Notes under the pieces: model-generated | What the model was told of the DNA's origin: nothing | What the model saw: the letters and a program-made list of their open reading frames with translations, nothing else | Database searches by the model: none | Assembly (NCBI GenBank): GCA_951406725.2 | Contig: OX597816.1 | Span: 145,824,001 to 145,888,000, forward strand | From: Octopus vulgaris | Taxonomy: Eukaryota | Reading direction: 5' to 3' | Length of the DNA stretch: 64,000 bases | Shown here: one piece after another, positions 25,545 through 38,754 of the stretch | Layout of the letters: each line of letters starts with the position of its first letter | Numbering within the stretch: the first letter of the stretch is position 1 | Translations under genes and position numbers: made by a program

Positions 25545-27530
25545 TGTCTCTCTTGTTTACTTTCGTGGGTTCGAGGTCGTTGTGAATTCTTGGCAAAGAA
25601 GAAGAAGAAGGAGAAGGAGGAGGAGGAGGAAAAGAAGAAGACGAATGCGGGAGTGCCCTGATAGTAGTAGAATGCTAAATGGCCAAGTGCCCTAAAAGTG
25701 ACTTGTGGATTCTAGTAGTCATTGAATTCTTGTGACAGCTCTTTTGAATGTATTGTTTTTTAATATTTGCGCAAGTGTTTTTCTAAGCAGCAATAGTAGT
25801 AAAGTAAGGAAGGAAGTGGTGGAAAGAAAGAGGGACGAAGAAGAAGAAGGAGAAAGAGAAAAGATAATATAATAAGGGTATGCAGGTGGTATGATAGTTG
25901 TAGGATGTTAAATGGTCAGGTGACCTATAAGCAATTTTCTTGTGGATTATAGCAGTGATTGAGGCTGTTTTTTAATGAATTATTGGGTATCTCTTGAATT
26001 TATCATTTGTAATATTTGCGCGTGTGTTTGTGTTATTCTAAGGCCGTGGTGGATATGCCGTTTGTTGTAGATGTGTTCAAAAGGATTCTGTATTTTGTAA
26101 TAAAGAGAGTCTCTTTATTAATTCGTTGGCTACAGGTTGTATCGTCCCTGAATTAGTAGAGGGGGAAAATTCTAAAGCTTTTTGTTATTGGTACAAATGT
26201 CGATGTGTTGGTAAATGCTATTTTTCTGTCTTGGGAATTTTGATCTGGGATCTGTGCAGAGCCATCCTTTGACGTAAACTGTTTTTTTGTTTGGCCCATA
26301 TATTGCTCTTGACTTCCAGAGTGGATTAGTGGGTATATCAGGTTCTCCGAAGTGTATGTGAAACTTCTTTTCACTGTTTGAAGGAGAACTCTGATCCCTC
26401 AATTATATTCACGCATATCCCGCAGTTGAGTCTTCCGCATTTTTACTGACGGCTTCTGTGTTGCTGATGAGCGTATTCGGGCGTGTTAGGAGACTTTTCA
26501 GAGATTTGGGTTGTTTCTTGCTTTTTATGATGGTGTGTGTTTGGAGGATTAAGTTCATACTGTGGTCCTTTCTTAACAGGGGAATGTTTTGAAGGATAAG
26601 AATGCTGTGTGTGGATATGTATAGAAGGGCTTTTGGTTGTAAATCCTGCTTTGTAATAACCTCAAATTGAGACCTATAACAGGTCCCGCATGCGAAACCC
26701 ACCACCTCTTAAAACCATTCCTCAAGCATGTCAAAAGCGACATAAGGGACGAACTGGATATGCTCAATCACTTTCCTGAAACAATAAAGAAAATCACTCT
26801 AGTAAAATCCTTCGATGCAGTCCACCTCTATTCCAATATTCCCCACAACCTAAGAATAGAGGCAATTCAATTCTGGCTGGAGAATTACACCAACGAACTC
26901 CCACATCACATCAAAAAGGAATTGGTGATAGAAGGGCTAAAATTCATCTTGGAGAATAACTACTTCGTCTTCAAAGACCCCTTTTGAACGCAGCTACAAC
27001 AAACGACATATCTACCACGGCCTTTGAACAACAGAAACACACACGCAAATATTTAAAATGATACATTCAAGAGATACCCAATAATTCCTTTAAAACTTTT
27101 AGGTCACCTGACCATTTAACATCCTACTACTATCATACCACCTGCATTCCCTTATTATATTATCTCTTCCCCTTCTTCTTCGTCTTATTTCTCTCCACCA
27201 CCTTCCTCACTTTACTAGTATTATAAACAATACATTCAAAAGAGATCTCTCAAGAATTCAATGACTACTAATATTCACAAGTCACTTTCAGGGCACTCGA
27301 CCATTTAACATCCTACTACTATCATGGCACTCCCGCATTCTTCTTCTTTTTCTTTTCCTCTTCTTCTTCTTCTTCTTCTTCTTCTTCTTCTTCTTCTTCT
27401 TTTTCTTCTTCTTCTTCTTCTTCTTCTTCTTCTTCTGCTTCTTCTTTTTTCTTCTTTTTCGTCCTCCTCTCCTTCTTCTCTGCCAAGAATTCGCAACGAC
27501 CTCGAACCCACAAGAGTAAACAGACAGGAA
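25545..27530. mobile_element. Penelope-like (Neptune-like) inverted insertion: minus-strand GIY-YIG and 3' end, plus-strand RT fragment and 3' end
   Basis: Arms 25545-26085 and 26982-27530 are diverged inverted repeats. Minus strand: CGICEL, SENLIY..QYMGQT. Plus strand ORF 26667-26987: RPITGPACET..SFDAVHLYSNIPH..LKFILENNYF. Confidence 0.85.
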
Positions 27531-30074
27531 CAATTACAGTGCAATACATTTTAGTGAGAAATTTGCGCCATTATACACACCTTTGTACAGTAGTAGTTTA
27601 TGTATGAACTCGTGACAGATTACATAATAAGCTAATCCCGAGAGTATTTGAAATTAGAACCAACAAAGGTATGGCACAGTATGCATTCTATCATGTCTGG
27701 CAACACACTTTGCGAATATTGATAATTTCCTCACGAAATCGAAAAAGGATCGAGAAACTGAAGTAATAACCTTCAAAATTCGAAGAATCGATATAATTAT
27801 ACTCCTTGCACTTATTCTATTGAGCAGAGAGTCTCCCACACAACGATTGCGTATTGAAAAAGGCTTCAACAAAAGCGAAAAATTTTGTTTTATGTAGAGA
27901 AATATCAATGTAGTTGATTTACTGATTGTATTTACGCACACGATTAACACCAGATAAAGTAGTAATACGAAATTAGAACGGTAAATGATACTTTCCACTT
28001 TATCGTATTAATTAAGGAAGTATAGATATGCGGTTGATGGAAATTGTTGATAGACGTGAAAATCAATTATCGTGGATGTAGAAATTTGAAACTCATTTGA
28101 TGTTATCCACTTCAGAGTCAAATTGCTGTTCAGATATACAGTGGCCTTAATTATTCATCTTAAGTTTCTTGCACATGAGTCTGCGTGTGTGTGTGTGTGT
28201 GTGTTTGTAAGTGTGTGTGTGTTAGTGTGTGTGTGAGTGTGTGCGTGTGTGTATTTGAACAAATGAAGTATTCATCGATTTCACTATCTGTTTTCGTGAA
28301 TGAGATTTACTCCTCTTTTAACAGCTGCCTCGTTAATAATATTCAGGAAATGAATGCATAAAGATAAGGAATACATTTTAAACAAAACATCGATGCTTAA
28401 TTATTGAAAAGCCGTCACGTGTCTATATAGCATTACGGAAAAAATGTTGCAAAAGAAAGGCCATTGAGTTCTTTAAAATGACCCCGAGCAACTTAAGTAA
28501 TATACAGATTTTAATTAGCGATAACCATGCAATAGAATCGCGATAACAGATGTTACTGTATTGTGGCTAATTGGTTTTTGCAAGTATTGGTTGGAGTTCA
28601 TAATAAGGAAAATATATTAAGTTCAGCAGAGTAATTACTAAGTCTTTCCTTTCAATTATATGCAACAAAAAGTGAAGAAATATGGGAAGTTTTTATGATT
28701 AAATTAGTAAGTCTGTTATTTTAAAGAAACTCAATACATATTTATTTGAAGTTTCAAATTTCATTTTACTTTTTCACAACGATTTTCGGTATCATTTCGT
28801 GATCAAAGTAATAAAAGTTATTTAAGAATGCTGCTCCATCTCAAATTATTTTGTTTCAAGTGAATGAAAATTGCAGTCAAGTATAATTTTGCACTGAATT
28901 TCACTTACAATCGAATTATTTATCCAAGTTGCATAATGATTGTTGTATCCGTAAAAAACTTATGGAAGGAAGCTGTTATTGAGAAATACACAACATTACA
29001 GACTGGGTAAAACCGTCTGGTCTACCCAAGTTTTCTGACTACAAATAAGATATAATTTAATAATTAATTGAAAAACATTGATATAAATTATTTCGCATTC
29101 ATGATATCATACAAAACAGGAAACTACAATGTAAAACTCAAAAAATATATAATTGTATTTCAGAAATATAAACAGTAAGTTGCAATAAGCAAAACATTCA
29201 GAACCAGTTATCGCACTAGCATTGACTCGCATGCGCATTGACTCGGACAGAATGCATCGTTATTTATATGTGTATCAACTCGAGAATTGGCACTAAAGAG
29301 TTACACACACACACACACACACAGACGCAGATACACGCACACATACAAACAAATACACATACACGCATGCATGTTTATTTTATGTTCAGTTATAATAAAA
29401 AATTTTTTACATAAAGCTGATAGGTTACTCTACACTTTTGTAGAGTACAAATTTATTATTCTCATACAAGAATGTTGTTGAGAGTGACATCGAAGTCTCG
29501 TCTAGTCAGCCCATTGAAAATGATCTAACGAAATTCGATGGATTAGCGAAATTTGTCGGATTAGCAAAATTGAACGGATTGTATATGTGTGTGAGTGTGT
29601 GTGTATGTGTGAATGTGTTTGTATTTGTGTGTGTATGTGTAACAAGATGAAAATGATAGTCATACATTTTTCGTCTATTGGAGCAAATTTGGCTCACAGC
29701 TGTTCCCAGTAGTCATTATAGGTACATTACTGATAGGTTTATTCAATTGATCTATTGATTAAATGAGAAAATTTGAACGACCTAAGGAAATTAATTCTAG
29801 TTTTATCTTAGCCATTTTCTAGTTATAACAAGAAGAGCACTGCAAAATGGCTATTTCCTGGGGAAGGGAAAAGATGGGAATATGCAAGTAGAATAATGAA
29901 CGCAGGAAGGCAGGTTACAAAGGCGTGGAGAGATGTAAGGTGATGGTATAAGAAGCAGGGGCATTCTATTGCCAAAATTGGGAAGATCAAAAGTCATAAA
30001 ATATAAATAGAAACATTATTTCTTCTATATCTCTCAATATCTCACATTCTCTCTCCCTCTCCCTCTACAACAGA

Positions 30075-30960
30075 ATATGTTACAGAAAAACTGATACACC
30101 AATATTTCAATTCCTACTTAAAAGAAACATCCCATACAGTGTGTCAACACACATCCGTGATATAGTGACTGGCACCAACATACGTGAAATCAGGCTCAAC
30201 GAACTCAAAGGCTTCTTTACAATGCAGAAATATGTCTTAGGATTAATTAATAAGGGAATTAAATAGGCGCTGAAAATGAACATCACCCAACTACGGACAG
30301 CTACGGAAAATGTTGAAAGATGATTCCATTCGATAACAAACACAGTCCTGGAATAACCAACATCTTTGACGCCATAAAATCGAACTTACCCATACTCCTA
30401 CAAAGCCCCAATATGAAAAATCTGATAGAAAAAACACCTTACGGAATAGTAAACGCCAACCAAAACCTCTAAAAAAATACCTCACAATGGCAGAATTCAA
30501 ATCAGAGAATGAACCAGATTTCTTAATAAAATAATATGGAGATAGGAGATGTGGAACATGCAAGAACCTCAACAACTTCAGATACTTGGAATGTGGTTTC
30601 CACATAAAATTCAAGAGCGGATCCCTTTTCAAAATAAATGCAGATATGAACTGCAAAACGCAAAACCTCATATACCGCATGACCTGCCCAAACTGCATAG
30701 AAAATTACATTGGCGAAACAATTATCTCTGCGAACGTGTAAGAATCCACAGGCAACATATCCAACAAGAGGAATTACGCAAGATTCCATTAAGCAAATTT
30801 CTGGAAGTATGCAGCGACGGAAAATTCTAAAATGTTCCCTTTTACAAACATGCGCGGGACGATCCGCAGTACTGAAAAGCAATGGAACTACATTTCATCA
30901 AAACTTCTCTCCAAAATTGAATGTTTGAAAGAAAAGCGGAGACAGTACATTTTGTATCTT
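30075..30960 (+). mobile_element. Degenerate Penelope-like (Neptune-like) thumb, Zn-finger and GIY-YIG fragment
   Basis: KRNIPYS, SKRQPKPLKKYLT, DRRCGTC, CPNCIENYIGET. Confidence 0.8.
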
Positions 30961-31328
30961 TTATATAACTCAAATATCGGAAACATAATGCTCATCTCTG
31001 AAAATATTCAGATGTATATCTGTGACATTAAGCTGTGTAATATTGAGATGTTTATAAGTGTTATATTAATGATCGAAGTTACACAGTATAAACACGGACA
31101 TATTCCCAAGCATAGAGACACACACATACGCACGCACAAACTCACACATGCACGCACAAACTCACATGCGCACGCACAAACTCACACTTCATCAAGGGAT
31201 TCGCTCCAAAATTGAATATGTGACGGTAAAGCAGAGAATTTGCATTTTTCGTTCCTAATGTGACTCGTCTCTAGAAATGTTCAGGTATATATATATGTGT
31301 ATCATTGGAATGTTCTAGCTTTACGTAT

Positions 31329-31372
<44 letters not shown>

Positions 31373-31390
31373 GTAAAATTTATTTATTTA

Positions 31391-31797
31391 TTTACTCTTT
31401 TACTTGTTTCAGTCATTTGACTGCGGCCATGCTGGAGCACCGCCTTTAGTCGAGCAAATCGACCCCGGGACTTATTCTTTGTAAGCCCAGTACTTATTCT
31501 ATCGGTATCTTTTGCCGAAACGCTAAGTGACGGGAACGTAAACACACCAGCATCGGTTGTCAAGGAATGCTAGAGAGACAAACACAGACACACAAACATA
31601 CACACACACACACATCTATATACATAGATATATATGACAGGCATCTTTCAGTTTCCGTCTACCAAATCCACTCACAAGGCATTGATCGGCCCGGGGCTAT
31701 AGCAGAAGACACTTGCCCAAGATGCCACGCAGTGGGACTGAATCCGGAACCATGTGGTTGGTTAGCAAGCTACTTACCACACAGCCACTCCTGCGCC
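31391..31797 (-). mobile_element. Full-length CORE-type SINE
   Basis: Reverse complement of the 16585-17005 family with an intact head ggcgcaggagtggctgtgtggtaag. Confidence 0.9.
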
Positions 31798-31939
31798 TAT
31801 TTAACTACATTTCATAAAAAATATTCTCTCCAACACTGATTCTTCGAAAGAAAAGGGGAGAGAGTACATTTTTGAATTCTAAAGAGGAGTAAAAGAAAGA
31901 AAAACGAAAAAGAAGGAAAGAGGAGAAATAAGAGGGGAA

Positions 31940-32880
31940 CAAAGAAAAAAAGCAAAAAGACTTTCAGTGATGGCCACACCGCACCTGTATTTTTTTAAGA
32001 GGTCACCATCCTTAAACCCATTCCAGTACAATGGTAAATGATAAGTAAATAAATAAATAATTGAATAGTGAATAGGAAGGGGGACACCCTATCTCTCTCA
32101 CCCTCCCTCTCTTTTCCTATCTATCTGTCTGTCTGACTATCTAAATATCTATCTATCAGCGTGTGGGACAGGTCGGTTTATCAAAAGAGTCTATCGTGAA
32201 TATTGTCGCGTCTCCTTCCTTGAAACGGGAAGGAAGAGCCATTTTCATCGTACTGTGGCTATGGCGAAAGAATGTGTATCATGGACGCGTCTGAAAGGTC
32301 TGGAGACAAATACTTTCCTCTCTGGTCAATCTCTCATCTACGTCTTCAACTATCACTTGAAGAGGAAGGTGAGAGTAGAGAGGGAAGTTTTGTCTAGTGA
32401 ATGCTTCAAAAAAAGACAGGTGAGTGTAGCAAGGATGGCACGTGGGAATGACGGAGCCAGCTTGAGCATAATCCTATGGACCAAAAGAAAAAACACGAAA
32501 GGAGAAAAGGGTCACTTACTGTAACGTGTATTATTTTTGCATGAAACTTTTGCCCTAGGTTCCCGTGGTCTTTTCCGTAGGCTTTTCTATACACGGACAA
32601 ACCTAATCTGTTTTCACTTTTTACATTGATATTTCCAATATACACGATCTCTATTGATCGGCCCTACGTTTTCCTCTTTTCACTATCCCTTTTGATCGAA
32701 ATTCGAGTTTTTTTCCTTCTCTTTTCAAAAAGAAAACCTCTACGTTGTATTTTGTCCCTTCTGTGTTCAGCCCTGCGTGGGCAATAAAGAAATCTATCTA
32801 GCTATCAGCCTATCTACCTATCTATCTATCTATCTATCTATCTATCTCCATTGTCATGGAACCTAACCTGAAAAACAAAA
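31940..32880 (+). repeat. Interspersed repeat with internal (TATC)n; paralogue at 43320-43640
   Basis: Shared blocks aagaggtcacca, tacaatggtaaa and ctccattgtc(a/c)tggaacct on either side of (TATC)n. Confidence 0.7.
32160..32792 (+). mobile_element. Tx1/L1-type LINE 3' fragment inserted in (TATC)n
   Basis: AMAKECVSWTRLKGLETNTFLSGQSLIYVFNYHLKRKVRVERE resembles Tx1 ORF2 C-termini. Pyrimidine-rich 3' UTR ends in AATAAAGAAA. Confidence 0.65.
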
Positions 32881-33620
32881 AAAAAATAAACAATGTTTTC
32901 TTCTAACTCCCCGCCACCAAAAAAAAAATCATCTGTTTTATATAAATGAACAAGCTGTTTTTACATTCACAAATTTTTATTCTTGAAATGAACAAAAACG
33001 CGAATAATAATGAAGAAATAAAAAAAAATTTTTTCCAAAATTCCGACGACTTTTTCTCAATATTCAATTTCTGTACATCACACCTAACACACACACACAC
33101 ACTCTCTCTCTCTCTCTCTCTGTATATATATATATATATAAGCTTTTGTATCGTAATGTAATAACTGCCATGTGTTATAAATATATTTTACTTATAAATA
33201 ATGCCTGACATAGTATTTAGTACGTTGGTTAAAAAAATAGATGTATATATCCTGTCAAAATTAGTCAGTTTATGCTTAAATTGCCTTCAGCATACTTGTG
33301 GTGGTAAGCAGAATCCAGCCAATAAGAGATATCTGATTTGTCAAAAACATTTATTAATGCTGCAAATCCTTTTTCTTTCATACAATGGAAAATAGCCAAG
33401 AAGAAAATGCTTTGTAGCCTTACTTACGCCCCCTCCCCACAGTAGATACATACAATCATACGAACAGAAATGTTATACTTAATGCATTTGCATAACTAAA
33501 TGCTGTGAAAATACACTTAATTCTATGCATACTATAAATATGTCATATTGATACAGTTCACATTACTTAAGCTGCTCCCAACACAAATTGCTACATGTAC
33601 ATACATGGATTGTAACATGT

Positions 33621-33784
<164 letters not shown>

Positions 33785-33799
33785 ATATATATATATATA

Positions 33800-34039
33800 C
33801 TTTATTTTAAGCAGCAGAAAATTCAACAAAATCTGTTACTCTGAGTTTCTCGTTGCCGTTCATCAGACAGTTTTTACTAGAATTCTAGCAAAAACTGTCT
33901 GATGAACGGCAACGAGAAACTCAGAGTAACAGATTTTGTTGAATTTTCTGCTGCTTAAAATAAAGCATATTACTCTACCACTGGTATTTGAGTACTCTTT
34001 TTTCCACCTTGTTTCACATTTATGTGTTTACTCCGGTCT

Positions 34040-34040
<1 letters not shown>
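33800..34040 (+). mobile_element. Fold-back PLE pseudo-LTR remnant embedded in (TA)n
   Basis: 166-bp palindrome 33800-33965 plus a tail of about 75 bp, with (TA)n on both sides. Contains a hammerhead. Confidence 0.75.
33895..33932 (+). ncRNA. Minimal type I hammerhead ribozyme (mirror copy on the minus strand at 33833-33870)
   Basis: Stem I ctgt/acag. CTGATGA 33899-33905. Stem II cg-gcaa-cg with an A-A first pair. GAAA 33916-33919. Self-complementary stem III actcagagt. GTA triplet 33926-33928. Confidence 0.7.
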
Positions 34041-34113
<73 letters not shown>

Positions 34114-34264
34114 ACATATAGCCGTATTTGTATTTGTGCGTGTGTGCATATATATAAACTTCTGATTAAGATTTCGGTTATTGAAAATGGGGGCTGTTTC
34201 AAATTTGACAGCACTACATCATTTGAGATATATTTCATGTCATAATATATATTTGTGTTTTCAT

Positions 34265-35075
34265 AAGACAAAGTGTATCTAGGTGTAAGTAGATTGCCTG
34301 ATATTTCTTGGAGGAATTTTTCCTGGTGCCTTTAAAAAATTACTTTCTTTCTTGTTTGCTTATTGAACATCGTAGTAGTAAAAAGAAATAAAATTGTTGG
34401 TTTACAATGTTGCTAAATAATTTGAGGCTGACTCTGTTAGAGGAAGTCTGTACTGTCTCTGGTTCCAAGCTTTGTGTGTCTAGTAATATTAAACTGCATA
34501 TCGTTTCATAAATGTTGATTGGATTTTTTACGTTTCACATATTTTGCAACCCTCAAGGCAATGTTTAAAACAAAAGATTTTTGTGATATTGATACCATTT
34601 ATTTTAGTCGTAATGTTTGCGATTCTACTACTAACCTGCTTCAATTCTCATAATGATCAGCTTTGTTTAGTGGGAATAAGTGGGCAGCAGAATTAAAACT
34701 GACGCAGGGAGGAGCAGAGGATGGTGGTATCAGGATCTCTGCACTGGAAATTTCTATGGTACCACAAGTATATTTCTCGGACCATTTTGACTTTATTGTT
34801 AATTTTCTCATTCTGGATTATGGTAATATCGACAGTGTTACACTTAAATCCTTGGTATTCCTTGATACATCGTGAAGCTTTTCCGACTGAACTGAATATG
34901 ACTGCTAAGTACAATAACTATTTCTAGTTTAGATTAAAATCATTTACTGATATCTAATCCATTATGTACAGTCAAGTGCTTAGAGTCTTCTGCAAAAACT
35001 GTTTAGTACGTCTGATGTCAATCGTAACATCATTTCTGTAAATAGTAAAAAAGAACTAGGCTCTATTCAAAATCA
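34265..35075 (-). mobile_element. Degenerate CR1-type LINE RT 3' fragment
   Basis: Minus strand TVFAEDSK (FADDTK-like), NTKDLSV (DLGV-like), RNFQCRDPDT. Many stops. Confidence 0.6.
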
Positions 35076-35184
35076 AGGAGACAATTAAGGGCTTTTCCAG
35101 ATTTTCAGTAAATTTCGTTGATCACAAAATATATTTTCTCTGCTGATGAGCATTTCATCTAATGCTGTAGATTAAAGACAATGC

Positions 35185-35340
35185 AACTGTAGATCTCCAA
35201 ACTGCTGCCTTATAAACAACAACTGTCACGGGAAAGAACTCGTATACAAGGACAAGATCACGGACACCAACTGAGTAGGAAACACGTATATCGGGTTGAC
35301 GTGCAACTACTTCAAGGAAATGTATATACAACACCTGGCG
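35185..35340 (+). mobile_element. PLE GIY-YIG fragment
   Basis: CNCRSPNCCLINNNCHGKELVYKDKITDTN*VGNTYIGLTCNYFKEMYIQH. Confidence 0.75.
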
Positions 35341-36023
35341 TAATGTCCCTCGATTCATTGTAGCATTCACAATAATCTCTGCGAACTAATCGGGGATGTG
35401 TTTTCCAAAATGGAGGTGAACACTTTTCTCCTCGTGATCAGCTTGAAAAATTGTTGACTAAGATATTTTCCTAATTTTCTGAACATGAAAGCAATGGTAG
35501 ACTTAATTCACACACATGCACACAAAGACAGACAGACAGACAGACACACATATCTGACATCCAGTGTTTAAGATTTCTAATCCAAGCTGCCTATAACAGT
35601 TTACCAAATACAAACGTCACACAAAGGGCAAAAGTGGATCCTGTCCCTCTTTCAACATCTTTTCAGCAGCTGCTCCAGACACTTAGCTGATTTCCACTAC
35701 CGCTGATGGCATGCGAAGGTGCTCAGAGGGGTTGCAGTGGTGTTATTTCAGCAATAGCTATAAAGCCTATCACTGGAATTTTAGAGGAGGTCATTACATG
35801 GCTTTAGAAAAAATGGGCAAACCACTGGTTGGCTGATAGTGGGTTATAAGGTGGGTCTTGATGAAAACTGGTAGGGTCAAATGGGTCAATGGGTCTGATG
35901 TTGAAAGTTCCGATAGCACTGGGACCTGAGAAACATCGCTGATGATGCGTTCTAGACCATCCGCAAAATTTATGCATATAAACACACACACACGCACACG
36001 CATGCGCCCCCATGTATACATAC

Positions 36024-36057
<34 letters not shown>

Positions 36058-36080
36058 ATATATATATATCTATATCTATA

Positions 36081-36124
<44 letters not shown>

Positions 36125-36168
36125 CGTATATATATATATATATCTATATATATATCTATATATTTATT

Positions 36169-36207
<39 letters not shown>

Positions 36208-36929
36208 GTATATATGTATGTATATCTGGGGCGATGGAAATCTATCAAATATACCTAAAAGCAAGATTGATGTTTATTCTGTACATATGTATGCTGGTCT
36301 TTTGAATAAAATTCTTACTTATATGAATTGCATCATAATTTCCAACAGTATCTGGTCATGAGCATTTCTGTGTTTTCGCTATAAAATTCCCCGAGAGAAT
36401 AAAATGTTTTCTTCCAAACCAACTTGCTGACTTGGCTTTATTTGGATGTTTTAGCAAAGCAGTCTCTAGTTTGCTGAATATAGATAAATCAACGAAACTA
36501 CCTTAGCAATCGTTGAGTAGAAGGTTGGAGCAGATAATTCAAATCGTTTGCCCAGTGCTTTCATAATGTCACTAATCCGCTCCTTCTCTATTTGATTGAT
36601 ACCGGAAGGATGAAACCCAAATTTTCTTGATAATCGGATGTAAGCACTATCTAATATTTTACTTGTAGTTAATGTGTGAGTGCCTGTACGCCGTATCCGT
36701 GTAAATTATTAAATTAACCACTTAGAATTTCCTAAAACATTGTTTACTGATCAACTGCTGTGTTTTATATGTATGACCCAAGATATTTATAATCAGAAAC
36801 CATATTTAAAGGCGCACTGTTGAGAGTGTGGATGATGCAATCACTGTTGGACAGGCACTTGTTTATGTATTCAGTTTTGGCCTCATTGAGGTAAAGACCT
36901 ACACAATTTGAGGCTTGTTCAAGAGATTG

Positions 36930-37462
36930 GAAAATACTTTCTAACTAGAAAGGGTATGGCCTGGTCAACCTGTAATGACATGCATAAGATCTGGTCATCA
37001 AATCTAAGTAGAGACTTCAAACTTGAAATATTCAAAGCCACAGTCGAACCAATTCTACTATATGGCTCAGAAACCTGGACCTTATCAAAGAAGCTTGAGA
37101 GGCGGTTGGATGGAACCTACACTCGCCTCCTTATGAGAGCTCAAAATCTCTCGTGGAAGCGCCATCCAACCAAAATGCAAATATATGGGAAATTACCACC
37201 TGTGTCATCTCTTGTGAAAGGTAGGAGAGTCCAGTTTGCTGGACATTGTTGTAGAGCTGAAAAAGAAGTAATTTCTACTCTTCTCCTCTGGAAGCCATCT
37301 ACTCGCAATACCAGAGGGCGCACACTCTCCTACCCTGATATAATCTCCAGGGATACAGGCATCCAGCAACAGGACCTCCGTAATGCTATGATGGACCGTG
37401 AAGTCTGGCGTAACATAGTAAATTCCATTGTCTCGACCACGGTCGAACAATGATGATGATGA
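36930..37462 (+). mobile_element. Young 5'-truncated RTE-group LINE with (TGA)n tail
   Basis: Uninterrupted frame FKATVEPILLYGSETWTL...RLDGTYTRLLMRA...FAGHCCRA...MMDREVWR, then tgatgatgatgatg. Candidate TSD tgctgtgtttt at 36756-36766 and 37463-37473. Confidence 0.9.
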
Positions 37463-38424
37463 TGCTGTGTTTTGGAATAAACTATTTGGTAAAGGATAGC
37501 AGTTTTCCTATTCAGGTTGATAACGAGTTATAAAAATACTTCACAATTATGCATCAATTTCCTTGTTTGATATGACGAAATATATTTGAAATTCAGTAGA
37601 TCGTGACATTTGAAGCCTCCACCCCCCAAAAAGAAGTAAATACCACGAAGTGACTCGAAAATGGACCCGACAATAGGCAATCAGCGTTTTCCGAATAAAA
37701 TCAGATCTCTCTGTCTGTATTGTAGAGAAAGAATGCTATTGATTCGATGTACTTGCTATGAGAAGAAGAATATATGCAATAAAAAATTAAGTTGAAATAC
37801 CTGCAAAATTAATGCAACATTCAATACAAACTTAATGCTCAAATATCTGTGGAATCATTTGATATCCATTGTGAAGGCAAATGCATATATCAAACGATGT
37901 TTAAATTTGCATAATGCATATATATATAGCAATGCTAATATTTATATTTAAGAGAAGTATGTTTGACATATAGATTTATTCAAGCTTAAGCAGAAAACAT
38001 GTATAGCTATCCCTCCTGTTTGCCGGTAAATATCATGTTTATGCATTTAAAATCGACTAATCTCAAAGGAAACATTACATTAGTTATAACATACGTCGAA
38101 TAGCTTGAGATAAGAATAAACAAATATTGTAAATAAAGGAAAAGGGTATTAAATGAAATATTAAAATGTGATTTAAAGACATTTCTATGTGAAAATCAAA
38201 TAGGCTAAACATGCAAAAAAGATTTCTTAAGGAGCGGGATTGAAGCAGCACGCACACGCATACACATATGCACAATCTCGTAGAAGTTTGTATGTATTTT
38301 TGCTTGTGCAACAGAGAACTCTTACTCTTCGAAATAGCAACGTTGTAGCTATTGATAAGTTCAATTGCTAATAAATAATAACGAAATGCGCACGTGTTAT
38401 TAAATGTAACAGGCAATCTAGATT

Positions 38425-38754
38425 GTGTGAATGTGCCTGGCTTAGCGGTTAGGGTATTCAGCTCACAATCACAGGGTCGCAAGTTCGATTCCCGTTGGTG
38501 CGTTGTGTCCGCGAGCAAGTCACTTTATTTCACATTGCTCCAGTTCACCCAGCTGTGAAAAATGAGTAGTACCTGTATTTCAAAGAGCTAACCTTGTCAC
38601 ATTCTGTGTCACGCAGAATCCCCTTGAGAACTATGTTAAGTGTACGCGTGTCTATGGAGCGCTCAGCCTCTTGCACGTTAATTTCAAGAGCAAGCCGTTC
38701 TGTTGATGGGATTACCTGGAATCTTCGTCGTCGTAAGCGACAGAGTGCCAGTTT
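38425..38754 (+). mobile_element. tRNA-headed SINE (second CORE-like family), full length
   Basis: A-box tggcttagcgg, B-box gttcgattccc, gagcaagtcacttta. TSD aatctagatt at 38415-38424 and 38755-38764. Confidence 0.85.

Noticed and set aside
27654-27998. 114-aa non-repetitive ORF
   Set aside because: No homology recognised and no convincing splice context.
29529-29580. Three 18-bp units (c.aaatt....ggatt); also 20-bp tandem duplications at 1441-1480 and 46038-46088
   Set aside because: Ordinary minisatellites with no unique spacers, so not CRISPR-like.
35640-35965. GC-richer island with a short minus-strand ORF
   Set aside because: No recognisable motif. Probably an unidentified TE fragment.
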